Assembly: GCF_009914755.1 (NCBI RefSeq)
Contig: NC_060932.1
From: the human T2T-CHM13v2.0 reference genome, Homo sapiens
Direction: 5' to 3' (one strand)
Length of the DNA: 64,000 nucleotides
Below the pieces are notes generated by a model. It made no database searches and had not been told where the DNA came from. It saw only the letters and a program-made list of their open reading frames with translations. Numbering within the stretch: the first letter of the stretch is position 1; the number at the start of each line of letters is the position of its first letter. The position numbers were made by a program, and so were the translations under genes. Below, piece by piece: positions 39,800-53,906 of the stretch.

Positions 39800-40480
39800 A
39801 GATAGAAGTAATCTCAGAAACATGTTTATGCTGTATCTACTCAACTAACTGTGCTGAACATTTCTATTGATAGAGCAGTTTTGAGACACTCTTCTTTTGG
39901 AATCTGCAAGTGGATATTTGGATAGATTTGAGGATTTCGTTGGAAACGGGATTATATATAAAAAGTAGACAGCAGCATTCTCAGAAACTTCTTTGTGATG
40001 TTTGCATCCAGCTCTCAGAGTTGAACATTCCCTTTCATAGAGTAGGTTTGAAACCCTCTTTTTATAGTGTCTGGAAGCGGGCATTTGGAGCGCTTTCAGG
40101 CCTATGCTTAAAATAGGAAATATCTACCTACAGAAACTAGACAGAAGCATTCTGAGAATCACGTTTGTGATGTGGGTACTCAACTAACAGTGTTGATCCA
40201 TTCTTTTGATACAGCAGTTTTGAACCACACTTTTTGTAGAATCTGCAAGAGGATATTTGGCTAGCTTTGAGGATTTCGTTGGAAACGGTAATGTCTTCAA
40301 CGAAAATCTACACAGAAGCATTCTCAGAAACACCTTCGTGATGTTTGCAATCAAGTCACAGAGTTGAACCTTCCGTTTCATAGAGCAGGTTGGAAACACT
40401 CTTTTTGTAGTATCTGGAAGTGGACATTTGGAGGGCTTTGTAGCCTATCTGGAAAAAGGAAATATCTTCCCATGAATGCG
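39800..40480 (+). repeat. 4-monomer HOR variant (681 bp), copy 1
   Basis: The 8-mer-type left half (CTTAAAATAGG, GCAAGAGG) is joined to a 7-mer-type right half (GGCTAGCTTTG, CGGTAATG, GGAGGGCTTTG). Confidence 0.95.
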
Positions 40481-43400
40481 AGATAGAAGTAATCTCAGAA
40501 ACATGTTTATGCTGTATCTACTCAACTAACTGTGCTGAACATTTCTATTGATAGAGCAGTTTTGAGACACTCTTCTTTTGGAATCTGCAAGTGGATATTT
40601 GGATAGATTTGAGGATTTCGTTGGAAACGGGATTATATATAAAAAGTAGACAGCAGCATTCTCAGAAACTTCTTTGTGATGTTTGCATCCAGCTCTCAGA
40701 GTTGAACATTCCCTTTCATAGAGTAGGTTTGAAACCCTCTTTTTATAGTGTCTGGAAGCGGGCATTTGGAGCGCTTTCAGGCCTATGCTTAAAATAGGAA
40801 ATATCTACCTACAGAAACTAGACAGAAGCATTCTGAGAATCACGTTTGTGATGTGGGTACTCAACTAACAGTGTTGATCCATTCTTTTGATACAGCAGTT
40901 TTGAACCACACTTTTTGTAGAATCTGCAAGAGGATATTTGGATAGCTGTGAGGATTTCGTTGGAAACGGGAATGTCTTCAAAGAAAATCTAGACAGAAGC
41001 ATTCTCAGAAACACCTTCGTGATGTTTGCAATCAAGTCACAGAGTTGAACCTTCCGTTTCATAGAGCAGGTTGGAAACACTCTTATTGTAGTATCTGGAA
41101 GTGGACATTTGGAGCGCTTTCAGGCCTATGGTGAAAAAGGAAATATCTTCCCATAAAAACGACATAGAAGCTATCTCAGGAACTTGTTTATGATGCATCT
41201 AATCAACTAACAGTGTTGAACCTTTGTACTGACAGAGCAGTTTGAAACACTCTTTTTTTGGAATCTGCAAGTGGATATTTGGATCGCTTTGAGGATTTCG
41301 TTGGAAACGGGATGCAATATAAAACGTACACAGCAGCATACTCAGAAAATACTTTGCCATATTTCCATTCAAGTCACAGAGTGGAACATTCCCATTCATA
41401 GAGCAGGTTGGAAACACTCTTTTTGGAGTATCTGGAAGTGGACATTTGGAGCGCTTTCTGAACTATGGTGAAAAAGGAAATATCTTCCAATGAAAACAAG
41501 ACAGAAGCATTCTGAGAAACTTATTTGTGATGTGTGTCCTCAACAAACGGACTTGAACCTTTCGTTTCATGCAGTACTTCTGGAACACTCTTTTTGAAGA
41601 TTCTGCATGCGGATATTTGGATAGCTTTGAGGATTTCGTTGGAAACGGGCTTACATGTAAAAATTAGACAGCAGCATTCTCAGAAACTTCTTTGTGGTGT
41701 CTGCATTCAAGTCACAGAATTGAACATCCCCTCACATAGAGCAGTTGTGCAGCACTCTATTTGTAGTATCTGGAAGTGGACATTTGGAGGGCTTTGTAGC
41801 CTATGTGGAAAAAGGAAATATCTTCCCATGAATGCGAGATAGAAGTAATCTCAGAAACATGTTTATGCTGTACCTACTCAACTAACTGTGCTGAACATTT
41901 CTATTGATAGAGCAGTTTTGAGACACTCTTCTTTTGGAATCTGCAAGTGGATATTTGGATAGATTTGAGGATTTCGTTGGAAACGGGATTATATATAAAA
42001 AGTAGACAGCAGCATTCTCAGAAACTTCTTTGTGATGTTTGCATCCAGCTCTCAGAGTTGAACATTCCCTTTCATAGAGTAGGTTTGAAACCCTCTTTTT
42101 ATAGTGTCTGGAAGCGGGCATTTGGAGCGCTTTCAGGCCTATGCTGAAAAAGGAAATATCTACCTATAGAAACTAGACAGAAGCATTCTGAGAATCACGT
42201 TTGTGATGTGGGTACTCAACTAACAGTGTTGATCCATTCTTTTGATACAGCAGTTTTGAACCACACTTTTTGTAGAATCTGCAAGTGGATATTTGGATAG
42301 CTGTGAGGATTTCGTTGGAAACGGGAATGTCTTCATAGAAAATTTAGACAGAAGCATTCTCAGAACCTTGATTGTGATGTGTGTTCTCCACTAACAGAGT
42401 TGAACCTTTCTTTTGACAGAACTGTTCTGAAACATTCTTTTTATAGAATCTGGAAGTGGATATTTGGAAAGCTTTGAGGATTTCGTTGGAAACGGGAATA
42501 TCTTCAAATCAAATCTAGCCAGAAGCATTCTAAGAAACATCTTAGGGATGTTTACATTCAAGTCACAGAGTTGAACATTCCCTTTCACAGAGCAGGTTTG
42601 AAACAATCTTCTCGTACTATCTGGCAGTGGACATTTTGAGCTCCTTGGGGCCTATGCTGAAAAAGGAAATATCTTCCGACAAAAACTAGACAGAAGCATT
42701 CGCAGAATCACGTTTGTGATGTGTGCACTCAACTGTCAGAATTGAACCTTGGTTTGGACAGAGCACTTTTGAAACACTCTTTTTGTAGAATCTGCAGGTG
42801 GATATTTGGCTAGCTTTGAGGATTTCGTTGGAAACGGTAATGTCTTCAAAGAAAATCTAGACAGAAGCATTCTCAGAAACACCTTCGTGATGTTTGCAAT
42901 CAAGTCACAGAGTTGAACCTTCCGTTTCATAGAGCAGGTTGGAAACACTCTTTTTGTAGTATCTGGAAGTGGACATTTGGAGGGCTTTGTAGCCTATCTG
43001 GAAAAAGGAAATATCTTCCCATGAATGCGAGATAGAAGTAATCTCAGAAACATGTTTATGCTGTATCTACTCAACTAACTGTGCTGAACATTTCTATTGA
43101 TAGAGCAGTTTTGAGACACTCTTCTTTTGGAATCTGCAAGTGGATATTTGGATAGATTTGAGGATTTCGTTGGAAACGGGATTATATATAAAAAGTAGAC
43201 AGCAGCATTCTCAGAAACTTCTTTGTGATGTTTGCATCCAGCTCTCAGAGTTGAACATTCCCTTTCATAGAGTAGGTTTGAAACCCTCTTTTTATAGTGT
43301 CTGGAAGCGGGCATTTGGAGCGCTTTCAGGCCTATGCTTAAAATAGGAAATATCTACCTACAGAAACTAGACAGAAGCATTCTGAGAATCACGTTTGTGA

Positions 43401-46400
43401 TGTGGGTACTCAACTAACAGTGTTGATCCATTCTTTTGATACAGCAGTTTTGAACCACACTTTTTGTAGAATCTGCAAGAGGATATTTGGATAGCTGTGA
43501 GGATTTCGTTGGAAACGGGAATGTCTTCAAAGAAAATCTAGACAGAAGCATTCTCAGAAACACCTTCGTGATGTTTGCAATCAAGTCACAGAGTTGAACC
43601 TTCCGTTTCATAGAGCAGGTTGGAAACACTCTTATTGTAGTATCTGGAAGTGGACATTTGGAGCGCTTTCAGGCCTATGGTGAAAAAGGAAATATCTTCC
43701 CATAAAAACGACATAGAAGCTATCTCAGGAACTTGTTTATGATGCATCTAATCAACTAACAGTGTTGAACCTTTGTACTGACAGAGCAGTTTGAAACACT
43801 CTTTTTTTGGAATCTGCAAGTGGATATTTGGATCGCTTTGAGGATTTCGTTGGAAACGGGATGCAATATAAAACGTACACAGCAGCATACTCAGAAAATA
43901 CTTTGCCATATTTCCATTCAAGTCACAGAGTGGAACATTCCCATTCATAGAGCAGGTTGGAAACACTCTTTTTGGAGTATCTGGAAGTGGACATTTGGAG
44001 CGCTTTCTGAACTATGGTGAAAAAGGAAATATCTTCCAATGAAAACAAGACAGAAGCATTCTGAGAAACTTATGTGTGATGTGTGTCCTCAACAAACGGA
44101 CTTGAACCTTTCGTTTCATGCAGTACTTCTGGAACACTCTTTTTGAAGATTCTGCATGCGGATATTTGGATAGCTTTGAGGATTTCGTTGGAAACGGGCT
44201 TACATGTAAAAATTAGACAGCAGCATTCTCAGAAACTTCTTTGTGGTGTCTGCATTCAAGTCACAGAATTGAACATCCCCTCACATAGAGCAGTTGTGCA
44301 GCACTCTATTTGTAGTATCTGGAAGTGGACATTTGGAGGGCTTTGTAGCCTATCTGGAAAAAGGAAATATCTTCCCATGAATGCGAGATAGAAGTAATCT
44401 CAGAAACATGTTTATGCTGTACCTACTCAACTAACTGTGCTGAACATTTCTATTGATAGAGCAGTTTTGAGACACTCTTCTTTTGGAATCTGCAAGTGGA
44501 TATTTGGATAGATTTGAGGATTTCGTTGGAAACGGGATTATATATAAAAAGTAGACAGCAGCATTCTCAGAAACTTCTTTGTGATGTTTGCATCCAGCTC
44601 TCAGAGTTGAACATTCCCTTTCATAGAGTAGGTTTGAAACCCTCTTTTTATAGTGTCTGGAAGCGGGCATTTGGAGCGCTTTCAGGCCTATGCTGAAAAA
44701 GGAAATATCTACCTATAGAAACTAGACAGAAGCATTCTGAGAATCACGTTTGTGATGTGGGTACTCAACTAACAGTGTTGATCCATTCTTTTGATACAGC
44801 AGTTTTGAACCACACTTTTTGTAGAATCTGCAAGTGGATATTTGGATAGCTGTGAGGATTTCGTTGGAAACGGGAATGTCTTCATAGAAAATTTAGACAG
44901 AAGCATTCTCAGAACCTTGATTGTGATGTGTGTTCTCCACTAACAGAGTTGAACCTTTCTTTTGACAGAACTGTTCTGAAACATTCTTTTTATAGAATCT
45001 GGAAGTGGATATTTGGAAAGCTTTGAGGATTTCGTTGGAAACGGGAATATCTTCAAATCAAATCTAGCCAGAAGCATTCTAAGAAACATCTTAGGGATGT
45101 TTACATTCAAGTCACAGAGTTGAACATTCCCTTTCACAGAGCAGGTTTGAAACAATCTTCTCGTACTATCTGGAAGTGGACATTTTGAGCTCCTTGGGGC
45201 CTATGCTGAAAAAGGAAATATCTTCCGACAAAAACTAGACAGAAGCATTCGCAGAATCACGTTTGTGATGTGTGCACTCAACTGTCAGAATTGAACCTTG
45301 GTTTGGACAGAGCACTTTTGAAACACTCTTTTTGTAGAATCTGCAGGTGGATATTTGGCTAGCTTTGAGGATTTCGTTGGAAACGGTAATGACTTCAAAG
45401 AAAATCTAGACAGAAGCATTCTCAGAAACACCTTCGTGATGTTTGCAATCAAGTCACAGAGTTGAACCTTCCGTTTCATAGAGCAGGTTGGAAACACTCT
45501 TTTTGTAGTATCTGGAAGTGGACATTTGGAGGGCTTTGTAGCCTATCTGGAAAAAGGAAATATCTTCCCATGAATGCGAGATAGAAGTAATCTCAGAAAC
45601 ATGTTTATGCTGTATCTACTCAACTAACTGTGCTGAACATTTCTATTGATAGAGCAGTTTTGAGACACTCTTCTTTTGGAATCTGCAAGTGGATATTTGG
45701 ATAGATTTGAGGATTTCGTTGGAAACGGGATTATATATAAAAAGTAGACAGCAGCATTCTCAGAAACTTCTTTGTGATGTTTGCATCCAGCTCTCAGAGT
45801 TGAACATTCCCTTTCATAGAGTAGGTTTGAAACCCTCTTTTTATAGTGTCTGGAAGCGGGCATTTGGAGCGCTTTCAGGCCTATGCTTAAAATAGGAAAT
45901 ATCTACCTACAGAAACTAGACAGAAGCATTCTGAGAATCACGTTTGTGATGTGGGTACTCAACTAACAGTGTTGATCCATTCTTTTGATACAGCAGTTTT
46001 GAACCACACTTTTTGTAGAATCTGCAAGAGGATATTTGGATAGCTGTGAGGATTTCGTTGGAAACGGGAATGTCTTCAAAGAAAATCTAGACAGAAGCAT
46101 TCTCAGAAACACCTTCGTGATGTTTGCAATCAAGTCACAGAGTTGAACCTTCCGTTTCATAGAGCAGGTTGGAAACACTCTTATTGTAGTATCTGGAAGT
46201 GGACATTTGGAGCGCTTTCAGGCCTATGGTGAAAAAGGAAATATCTTCCCATAAAAACGACATAGAAGCTATCTCAGGAACTTGTTTATGATGCATCTAA
46301 TCAACTAACAGTGTTGAACCTTTGTACTGACAGAGCAGTTTGAAACACTCTTTTTTTGGAATCTGCAAGTGGATATTTGGATCGCTTTGAGGATTTCGTT

Positions 46401-49400
46401 GGAAACGGGATGCAATATAAAACGTACACAGCAGCATACTCAGAAAATACTTTGCCATATTTCCATTCAAGTCACAGAGTGGAACATTCCCATTCATAGA
46501 GCAGGTTGGAAACACTCTTTTTGGAGTATCTGGAAGTGGACATTTGGAGCGCTTTCTGAACTATGGTGAAAAAGGAAATATCTTCCAATGAAAACAAGAC
46601 AGAAGCATTCTGAGAAACTTATTTGTGATGTGTGTCCTCAACAAACGGACTTGAACCTTTCGTTTCATGCAGTACTTCTGGAACACTCTTTTTGAAGATT
46701 CTGCATGCGGATATTTGGATAGCTTTGAGGATTTCGTTGGAAACGGGCTTACATGTAAAAATTAGACAGCAGCATTCTCAGAAACTTCTTTGTGGTGTCT
46801 GCATTCAAGTCACAGAATTGAACATCCCCTCACATAGAGCAGTTGTGCAGCACTCTATTTGTAGTATCTGGAAGTGGACATTTGGAGGGCTTTGTAGCCT
46901 ATGTGGAAAAAGGAAATATCTTCCCATGAATGCGAGATAGAAGTAATCTCAGAAACATGTTTATGCTGTACCTACTCAACTAACTGTGCTGAACATTTCT
47001 ATTGATAGAGCAGTTTTGAGACACTCTTCTTTTGGAATCTGCAAGTGGATATTTGGATAGATTTGAGGATTTCGTTGGAAACGGGATTATATATAAAAAG
47101 TAGACAGCAGCATTCTCAGAAACTTCTTTGTGATGTTTGCATCCAGCTCTCAGAGTTGAACATTCCCTTTCATAGAGTAGGTTTGAAACCCTCTTTTTAT
47201 AGTGTCTGGAAGCGGGCATTTGGAGCGCTTTCAGGCCTATGCTGAAAAAGGAAATATCTACCTATAGAAACTAGACAGAAGCATTCTGAGAATCACGTTT
47301 GTGATGTGGGTACTCAACTAACAGTGTTGATCCATTCTTTTGATACAGCAGTTTTGAACCACACTTTTTGTAGAATCTGCAAGTGGATATTTGGATAGCT
47401 GTGAGGATTTCGTTGGAAACGGGAATGTCTTCATAGAAAATGTAGACAGAAGCATTCTCAGAACCTTGATTGTGATGTGTGTTCTCCACTAACAGAGTTG
47501 AACCTTTCTTTTGACAGAACTGTTCTGAAACATTCTTTTTATAGAATCTGGAAGTGGATATTTGGAAAGCTTTGAGGATTTCGTTGGAAACGGGAATATC
47601 TTCAAATCAAATCTAGCCAGAAGCATTCTAAGAAACATCTTAGGGATGTTTACATTCAAGTCACAGAGTTGAACATTCCCTTTCACAGAGCAGGTTTGAA
47701 ACAATCTTCTCGTACTATCTGGAAGTGGACATTTTGAGCTCCTTGGGGCCTATGCTGAAAAAGGAAATATCTTCCGACAAAAACTAGACAGAAGCATTCG
47801 CAGAATCACGTTTGTGATGTGTGCACTCAACTGTCAGAATTGAACCTTGGTTTGGACAGAGCACTTTTGAAACACTCTTTTTGTAGAATCTGCAGGTGGA
47901 TATTTGGCTAGCTTTGAGGATTTCGTTGGAAACGGTAATGACTTCAAAGAAAATCTACACAGAAGCATTCTCAGAAACACCTTCGTGATGTTTGCAATCA
48001 AGTCACAGAGTTGAACCTTCCGTTTCATAGAGCAGGTTGGAAACACTCTTTTTGTAGTATCTGGAAGTGGACATTTGGAGGGCTTTGTAGCCTATCTGGA
48101 AAAAGGAAATATCTTCCCATGAATGCGAGATAGAAGTAATCTCAGAAACATGTTTATGCTGTATCTACTCAACTAACTGTGCTGAACATTTCTATTGATA
48201 GAGCAGTTTTGAGACACTCTTCTTTTGGAATCTGCAAGTGGATATTTGGATAGATTTGAGGATTTCGTTGGAAACGGGATTATATATAAAAAGTAGACAG
48301 CAGCATTCTCAGAAACTTCTTTGTGATGTTTGCATCCAGCTCTCAGAGTTGAACATTCCCTTTCATAGAGTAGGTTTGAAACCCTCTTTTTATAGTGTCT
48401 GGAAGCGGGCATTTGGAGCGCTTTCAGGCCTATGCTTAAAATAGGAAATATCTACCTACAGAAACTAGACAGAAGCATTCTGAGAATCACGTTTGTGATG
48501 TGGGTACTCAACTAACAGTGTTGATCCATTCTTTTGATACAGCAGTTTTGAACCACACTTTTTGTAGAATCTGCAAGAGGATATTTGGATAGCTGTGAGG
48601 ATTTCGTTGGAAACGGGAATGTCTTCAAAGAAAATCTAGACAGAAGCATTCTCAGAAACACCTTCGTGATGTTTGCAATCAAGTCACAGAGTTGAACCTT
48701 CCGTTTCATAGAGCAGGTTGGAAACACTCTTATTGTAGTATCTGGAAGTGGACATTTGGAGCGCTTTCAGGCCTATGGTGAAAAAGGAAATATCTTCCCA
48801 TAAAAACGACATAGAAGCTATCTCAGGAACTTGTTTATGATGCATCTAATCAACTAACAGTGTTGAACCTTTCTACTGACAGAGCAGTTTGAAACACTCT
48901 TTTTTTGGAATCTGCAAGTGGATATTTGGATCGCTTTGAGGATTTCGTTGGAAACGGGATGCAATATAAAACGTACACAGCAGCATACTCAGAAAATACT
49001 TTGCCATATTTCCATTCAAGTCACAGAGTGGAACATTCCCATTCATAGAGCAGGTTGGAAACACTCTTTTTGGAGTATCTGGAAGTGGACATTTGGAGCG
49101 CTTTCTGAACTATGGTGAAAAAGGAAATATCTTCCAATGAAAACAAGACAGAAGCATTCTGAGAAACTTATTTGTGATGTGTGTCCTCAACAAACGGACT
49201 TGAACCTTTCGTTTCATGCAGTACTTCTGGAACACTCTTTTTGAAGATTCTGCATGCGGATATTTGGATAGCTTTGAGGATTTCGTTGGAAACGGGCTTA
49301 CATGTAAAAATTAGACAGCAGCATTCTCAGAAACTTCTTTGTGGTGTCTGCATTCAAGTCACAGAATTGAACATCCCCTCACATAGAGCAGTTGTGCAGC

Positions 49401-50676
49401 ACTCTATTTGTAGTATCTGGAAGTGGACATTTGGAGGGCTTTGTAGCCTATGTGGAAAAAGGAAATATCTTCCCATGAATGCGAGATAGAAGTAATCTCA
49501 GAAACATGTTTATGCTGTACCTACTCAACTAACTGTGCTGAACATTTCTATTGATAGAGCAGTTTTGAGACACTCTTCTTTTGGAATCTGCAAGTGGATA
49601 TTTGGATAGATTTGAGGATTTCGTTGGAAACGGGATTATATATAAAAAGTAGACAGCAGCATTCTCAGAAACTTCTTTGTGATGTTTGCATCCAGCTCTC
49701 AGAGTTGAACATTCCCTTTCATAGAGTAGGTTTGAAACCCTCTTTTTATAGTGTCTGGAAGCGGGCATTTGGAGCGCTTTCAGGCCTATGCTGAAAAAGG
49801 AAATATCTACCTATAGAAACTAGACAGAAGCATTCTGAGAATCACGTTTGTGATGTGGGTACTCAACTAACAGTGTTGATCCATTCTTTTGATACAGCAG
49901 TTTTGAACCACACTTTTTGTAGAATCTGCAAGTGGATATTTGGATAGCTGTGAGGATTTCATTGGAAACGGGAATGTCTTCATAGAAAATTTAGACAGAA
50001 GCATTCTCAGAACCTTGATTGTGATGTGTGTTCTCCACTAACAGAGTTGAACCTTTCTTTTGACAGAACTGTTCTGAAACATTCTTTTTATAGAATCTGG
50101 AAGTGGATATTTGGAAAGCTTTGAGGATTTCGTTGGAAACGGGAATATCTTCAAATCAAATCTAGCCAGAAGCATTCTAAGAAACATCTTAGGGATGTTT
50201 ACATTCAAGTCACAGAGTTGAACATTCCCTTTCACAGAGCAGGTTTGAAACAATCTTCTCGTACTATCTGGCAGTGGACATTTTGAGCTCCTTGGGGCCT
50301 ATGCTGAAAAAGGAAATATCTTCCGACAAAAACTAGACAGAAGCATTCGCAGAATCACGTTTGTGATGTGTGCACTCAACTGTCAGAATTGAACCTTGGT
50401 TTGGACAGAGCACTTTTGAAACACTCTTTTTGTAGAATCTGCAGGTGGATATTTGGCTAGCTTTGAGGATTTCGTTGGAAACGGTAATGACTTCAAAGAA
50501 AATCTACACAGAAGCATTCTCAGAAACACCTTCGTGATGTTTGCAATCAAGTCACAGAGTTGAACCTTCCGTTTCATAGAGCAGGTTGGAAACACTCTTT
50601 TTGTAGTATCTGGAAGTGGACATTTGGAGGGCTTTGTAGCCTATCTGGAAAAAGGAAATATCTTCCCATGAATGCG

Positions 50677-51357
50677 AGATAGAAGTAATCTCAGAAACAT
50701 GTTTATGCTGTATCTACTCAACTAACTGTGCTGAACATTTCTATTGATAGAGCAGTTTTGAGACACTCTTCTTTTGGAATCTGCAAGTGGATATTTGGAT
50801 AGATTTGAGGATTTCGTTGGAAACGGGATTATATATAAAAAGTAGACAGCAGCATTCTCAGAAACTTCTTTGTGATGTTTGCATCCAGCTCTCAGAGTTG
50901 AACATTCCCTTTCATAGAGTAGGTTTGAAACCCTCTTTTTATAGTGTCTGGAAGCGGGCATTTGGAGCGCTTTCAGGCCTATGCTTAAAATAGGAAATAT
51001 CTACCTACAGAAACTAGACAGAAGCATTCTGAGAATCACGTTTGTGATGTGGGTACTCAACTAACAGTGTTGATCCATTCTTTTGATACAGCAGTTTTGA
51101 ACCACACTTTTTGTAGAATCTGCAAGAGGATATTTGGCTAGCTTTGAGGATTTCGTTGGAAACGGTAATGTCTTCAAAGAAAATCTAGACAGAAGCATTC
51201 TCAGAAACACCTTCGTGATGTTTGCAATCAAGTCACAGAGTTGAACCTTCCGTTTCATAGAGCAGGTTGGAAACACTCTTTTTGTAGTATCTGGAAGTGG
51301 ACATTTGGAGGGCTTTGTAGCCTATCTGTAAAAAGGAAATATCTTCCCATGAATGCG
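50677..51357 (+). repeat. 4-monomer HOR variant (681 bp), copy 2
   Basis: Same hybrid junction GCAAGAGGATATTTGGCTAG at ~51122-51141. Confidence 0.95.
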
Positions 51358-53906
51358 AGATAGAAGTAATCTCAGAAACATGTTTATGCTGTATCTACTC
51401 AACTAACTGTGCTGAACATTTCTATTGATAGAGCAGTTTTGAGACACTCTTCTTTTGGAATCTGCAAGTGGATATTTGGATAGATTTGAGGATTTCGTTG
51501 GAAACGGGATTATATATAAAAAGTAGACAGCAGCATTCTCAGAAACTTCTTTGTGATGTTTGCATCCAGCTCTCAGAGTTGAACATTCCCTTTCATAGAG
51601 TAGGTTTGAAACCCTCTTTTTATAGTGTCTGGAAGCGGGCATTTGGAGCGCTTTCAGGCCTATGCTTAAAATAGGAAATATCTACCTACAGAAACTAGAC
51701 AGAAGCATTCTGAGAATCACGTTTGTGATGTGGGTACTCAACTAACAGTGTTGATCCATTCTTTTGATACAGCAGTTTTGAACCACACTTTTTGTAGAAT
51801 CTGCAAGAGGATATTTGGATAGCTGTGAGGATTTCGTTGGAAACGGGAATGTCTTCAAAGAAAATCTAGACAGAAGCATTCTCAGAAACACCTTCGTGAT
51901 GTTTGCAATCAAGTCACAGAGTTGAACCTTCCGTTTCATAGAGCAGGTTGGAAACACTCTTATTGTAGTATCTGGAAGTGGACATTTGGAGCGCTTTCAG
52001 GCCTATGGTGAAAAAGGAAATATCTTCCCATAAAAACGACATAGAAGCTATCTCAGGAACTTGTTTATGATGCATCTAATCAACTAACAGTGTTGAACCT
52101 TTGTACTGACAGAGCAGTTTGAAACACTCTTTTTTTGGAATCTGCAAGTGGATATTTGGATCGCTTTGAGGATTTCGTTGGAAACGGGATGCAATATAAA
52201 ACGTACACAGCAGCATACTCAGAAAATACTTTGCCATATTTCCATTCAAGTCACAGAGTGGAACATTCCCATTCATAGAGCAGGTTGGAAACACTCTTTT
52301 TGGAGTATCTGGAAGTGGACATTTGGAGCGCTTTCTGAACTATGGTGAAAAAGGAAATATCTTCCAATGAAAACAAGACAGAAGCATTCTGAGAAACTTA
52401 TTTGTGATGTGTGTCCTCAACAAACGGACTTGAACCTTTCGTTTCATGCAGTACTTCTGGAACACTCTTTTTGAAGATTCTGCATGCGGATATTTGGATA
52501 GCTTTGAGGATTTCGTTGGAAACGGGCTTACATGTAAAAATTAGACAGCAGCATTCTCAGAAACTTCTTTGTGGTGTCTGCATTCAAGTCACAGAATTGA
52601 ACATCCCCTCACATAGAGCAGTTGTGCAGCACTCTATTTGTAGTATCTGGAAGTGGACATTTGGAGGGCTTTGTAGCCTATGTGGAAAAAGGAAATATCT
52701 TCCCATGAATGCGAGATAGAAGTAATCTCAGAAACATGTTTATGCTGTACCTACTCAACTAACTGTGCTGAACATTTCTATTGATAGAGCAGTTTTGAGA
52801 CACTCTTCTTTTGGAATCTGCAAGTGGATATTTGGATAGATTTGAGGATTTCGTTGGAAACGGGATTATATATAAAAAGTAGACAGCAGCATTCTCAGAA
52901 ACTTCTTTGTGATGTTTGCATCCAGCTCTCAGAGTTGAACATTCCCTTTCATAGAGTAGGTTTGAAACCCTCTTTTTATAGTGTCTGGAAGCGGGCATTT
53001 GGAGCGCTTTCAGGCCTATGCTGAAAAAGGAAATATCTACCTATAGAAACTAGACAGAAGCATTCTGAGAATCACGTTTGTGATGTGGGTACTCAACTAA
53101 CAGTGTTGATCCATTCTTTTGATACAGCAGTTTTGAACCACACTTTTTGTAGAATCTGCAAGTGGATATTTGGATAGCTGTGAGGATTTCGTTGGAAACG
53201 GGAATGTCTTCATAGAAAATTTAGACAGAAGCATTCTCAGAACCTTGATTGTGATGTGTGTTCTCCACTAACAGAGTTGAACCTTTCTTTTGACAGAACT
53301 GTTCTGAAACATTCTTTTTATAGAATCTGGAAGTGGATATTTGGAAAGCTTTGAGGATTTCGTTGGAAACGGGAATATCTTCAAATCAAATCTAGCCAGA
53401 AGCATTCTAAGAAACATCTTAGGGATGTTTACATTCAAGTCACAGAGTTGAACATTCCCTTTCACAGAGCAGGTTTGAAACAATCTTCTCGTACTATCTG
53501 GAAGTGGACATTTTGAGCTCCTTGGGGCCTATGCTGAAAAAGGAAATATCTTCCGACAAAAACTAGACAGAAGCATTCGCAGAATCACGTTTGTGATGTG
53601 TGCACTCAACTGTCAGAATTGAACCTTGGTTTGGACAGAGCACTTTTGAAACACTCTTTTTGTAGAATCTGCAGGTGGATATTTGGCTAGCTTTGAGGAT
53701 TTCGTTGGAAACGGTAATGACTTCAAAGAAAATCTACACAGAAGCATTCTCAGAAACACCTTCGTGATGTTTGCAATCAAGTCACAGAGTTGAACCTTCC
53801 GTTTCATAGAGCAGGTTGGAAACACTCTTTTTGTAGTATCTGGAAGTGGACATTTGGAGGGCTTTGTAGCCTATCTGGAAAAAGGAAATATCTTCCCATG
53901 AATGCG

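Larger units (their letters stand above)
37251..53906 (+). repeat. Central block of 15-mers with two inserted 4-mers: 8,7,4,8,7,8,7,8,7,8,7,4,8,7
   Basis: Anchor spacings of 1356/1193 with 681-bp steps at 39910>40591 and 50787>51468. Confidence 0.94.
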
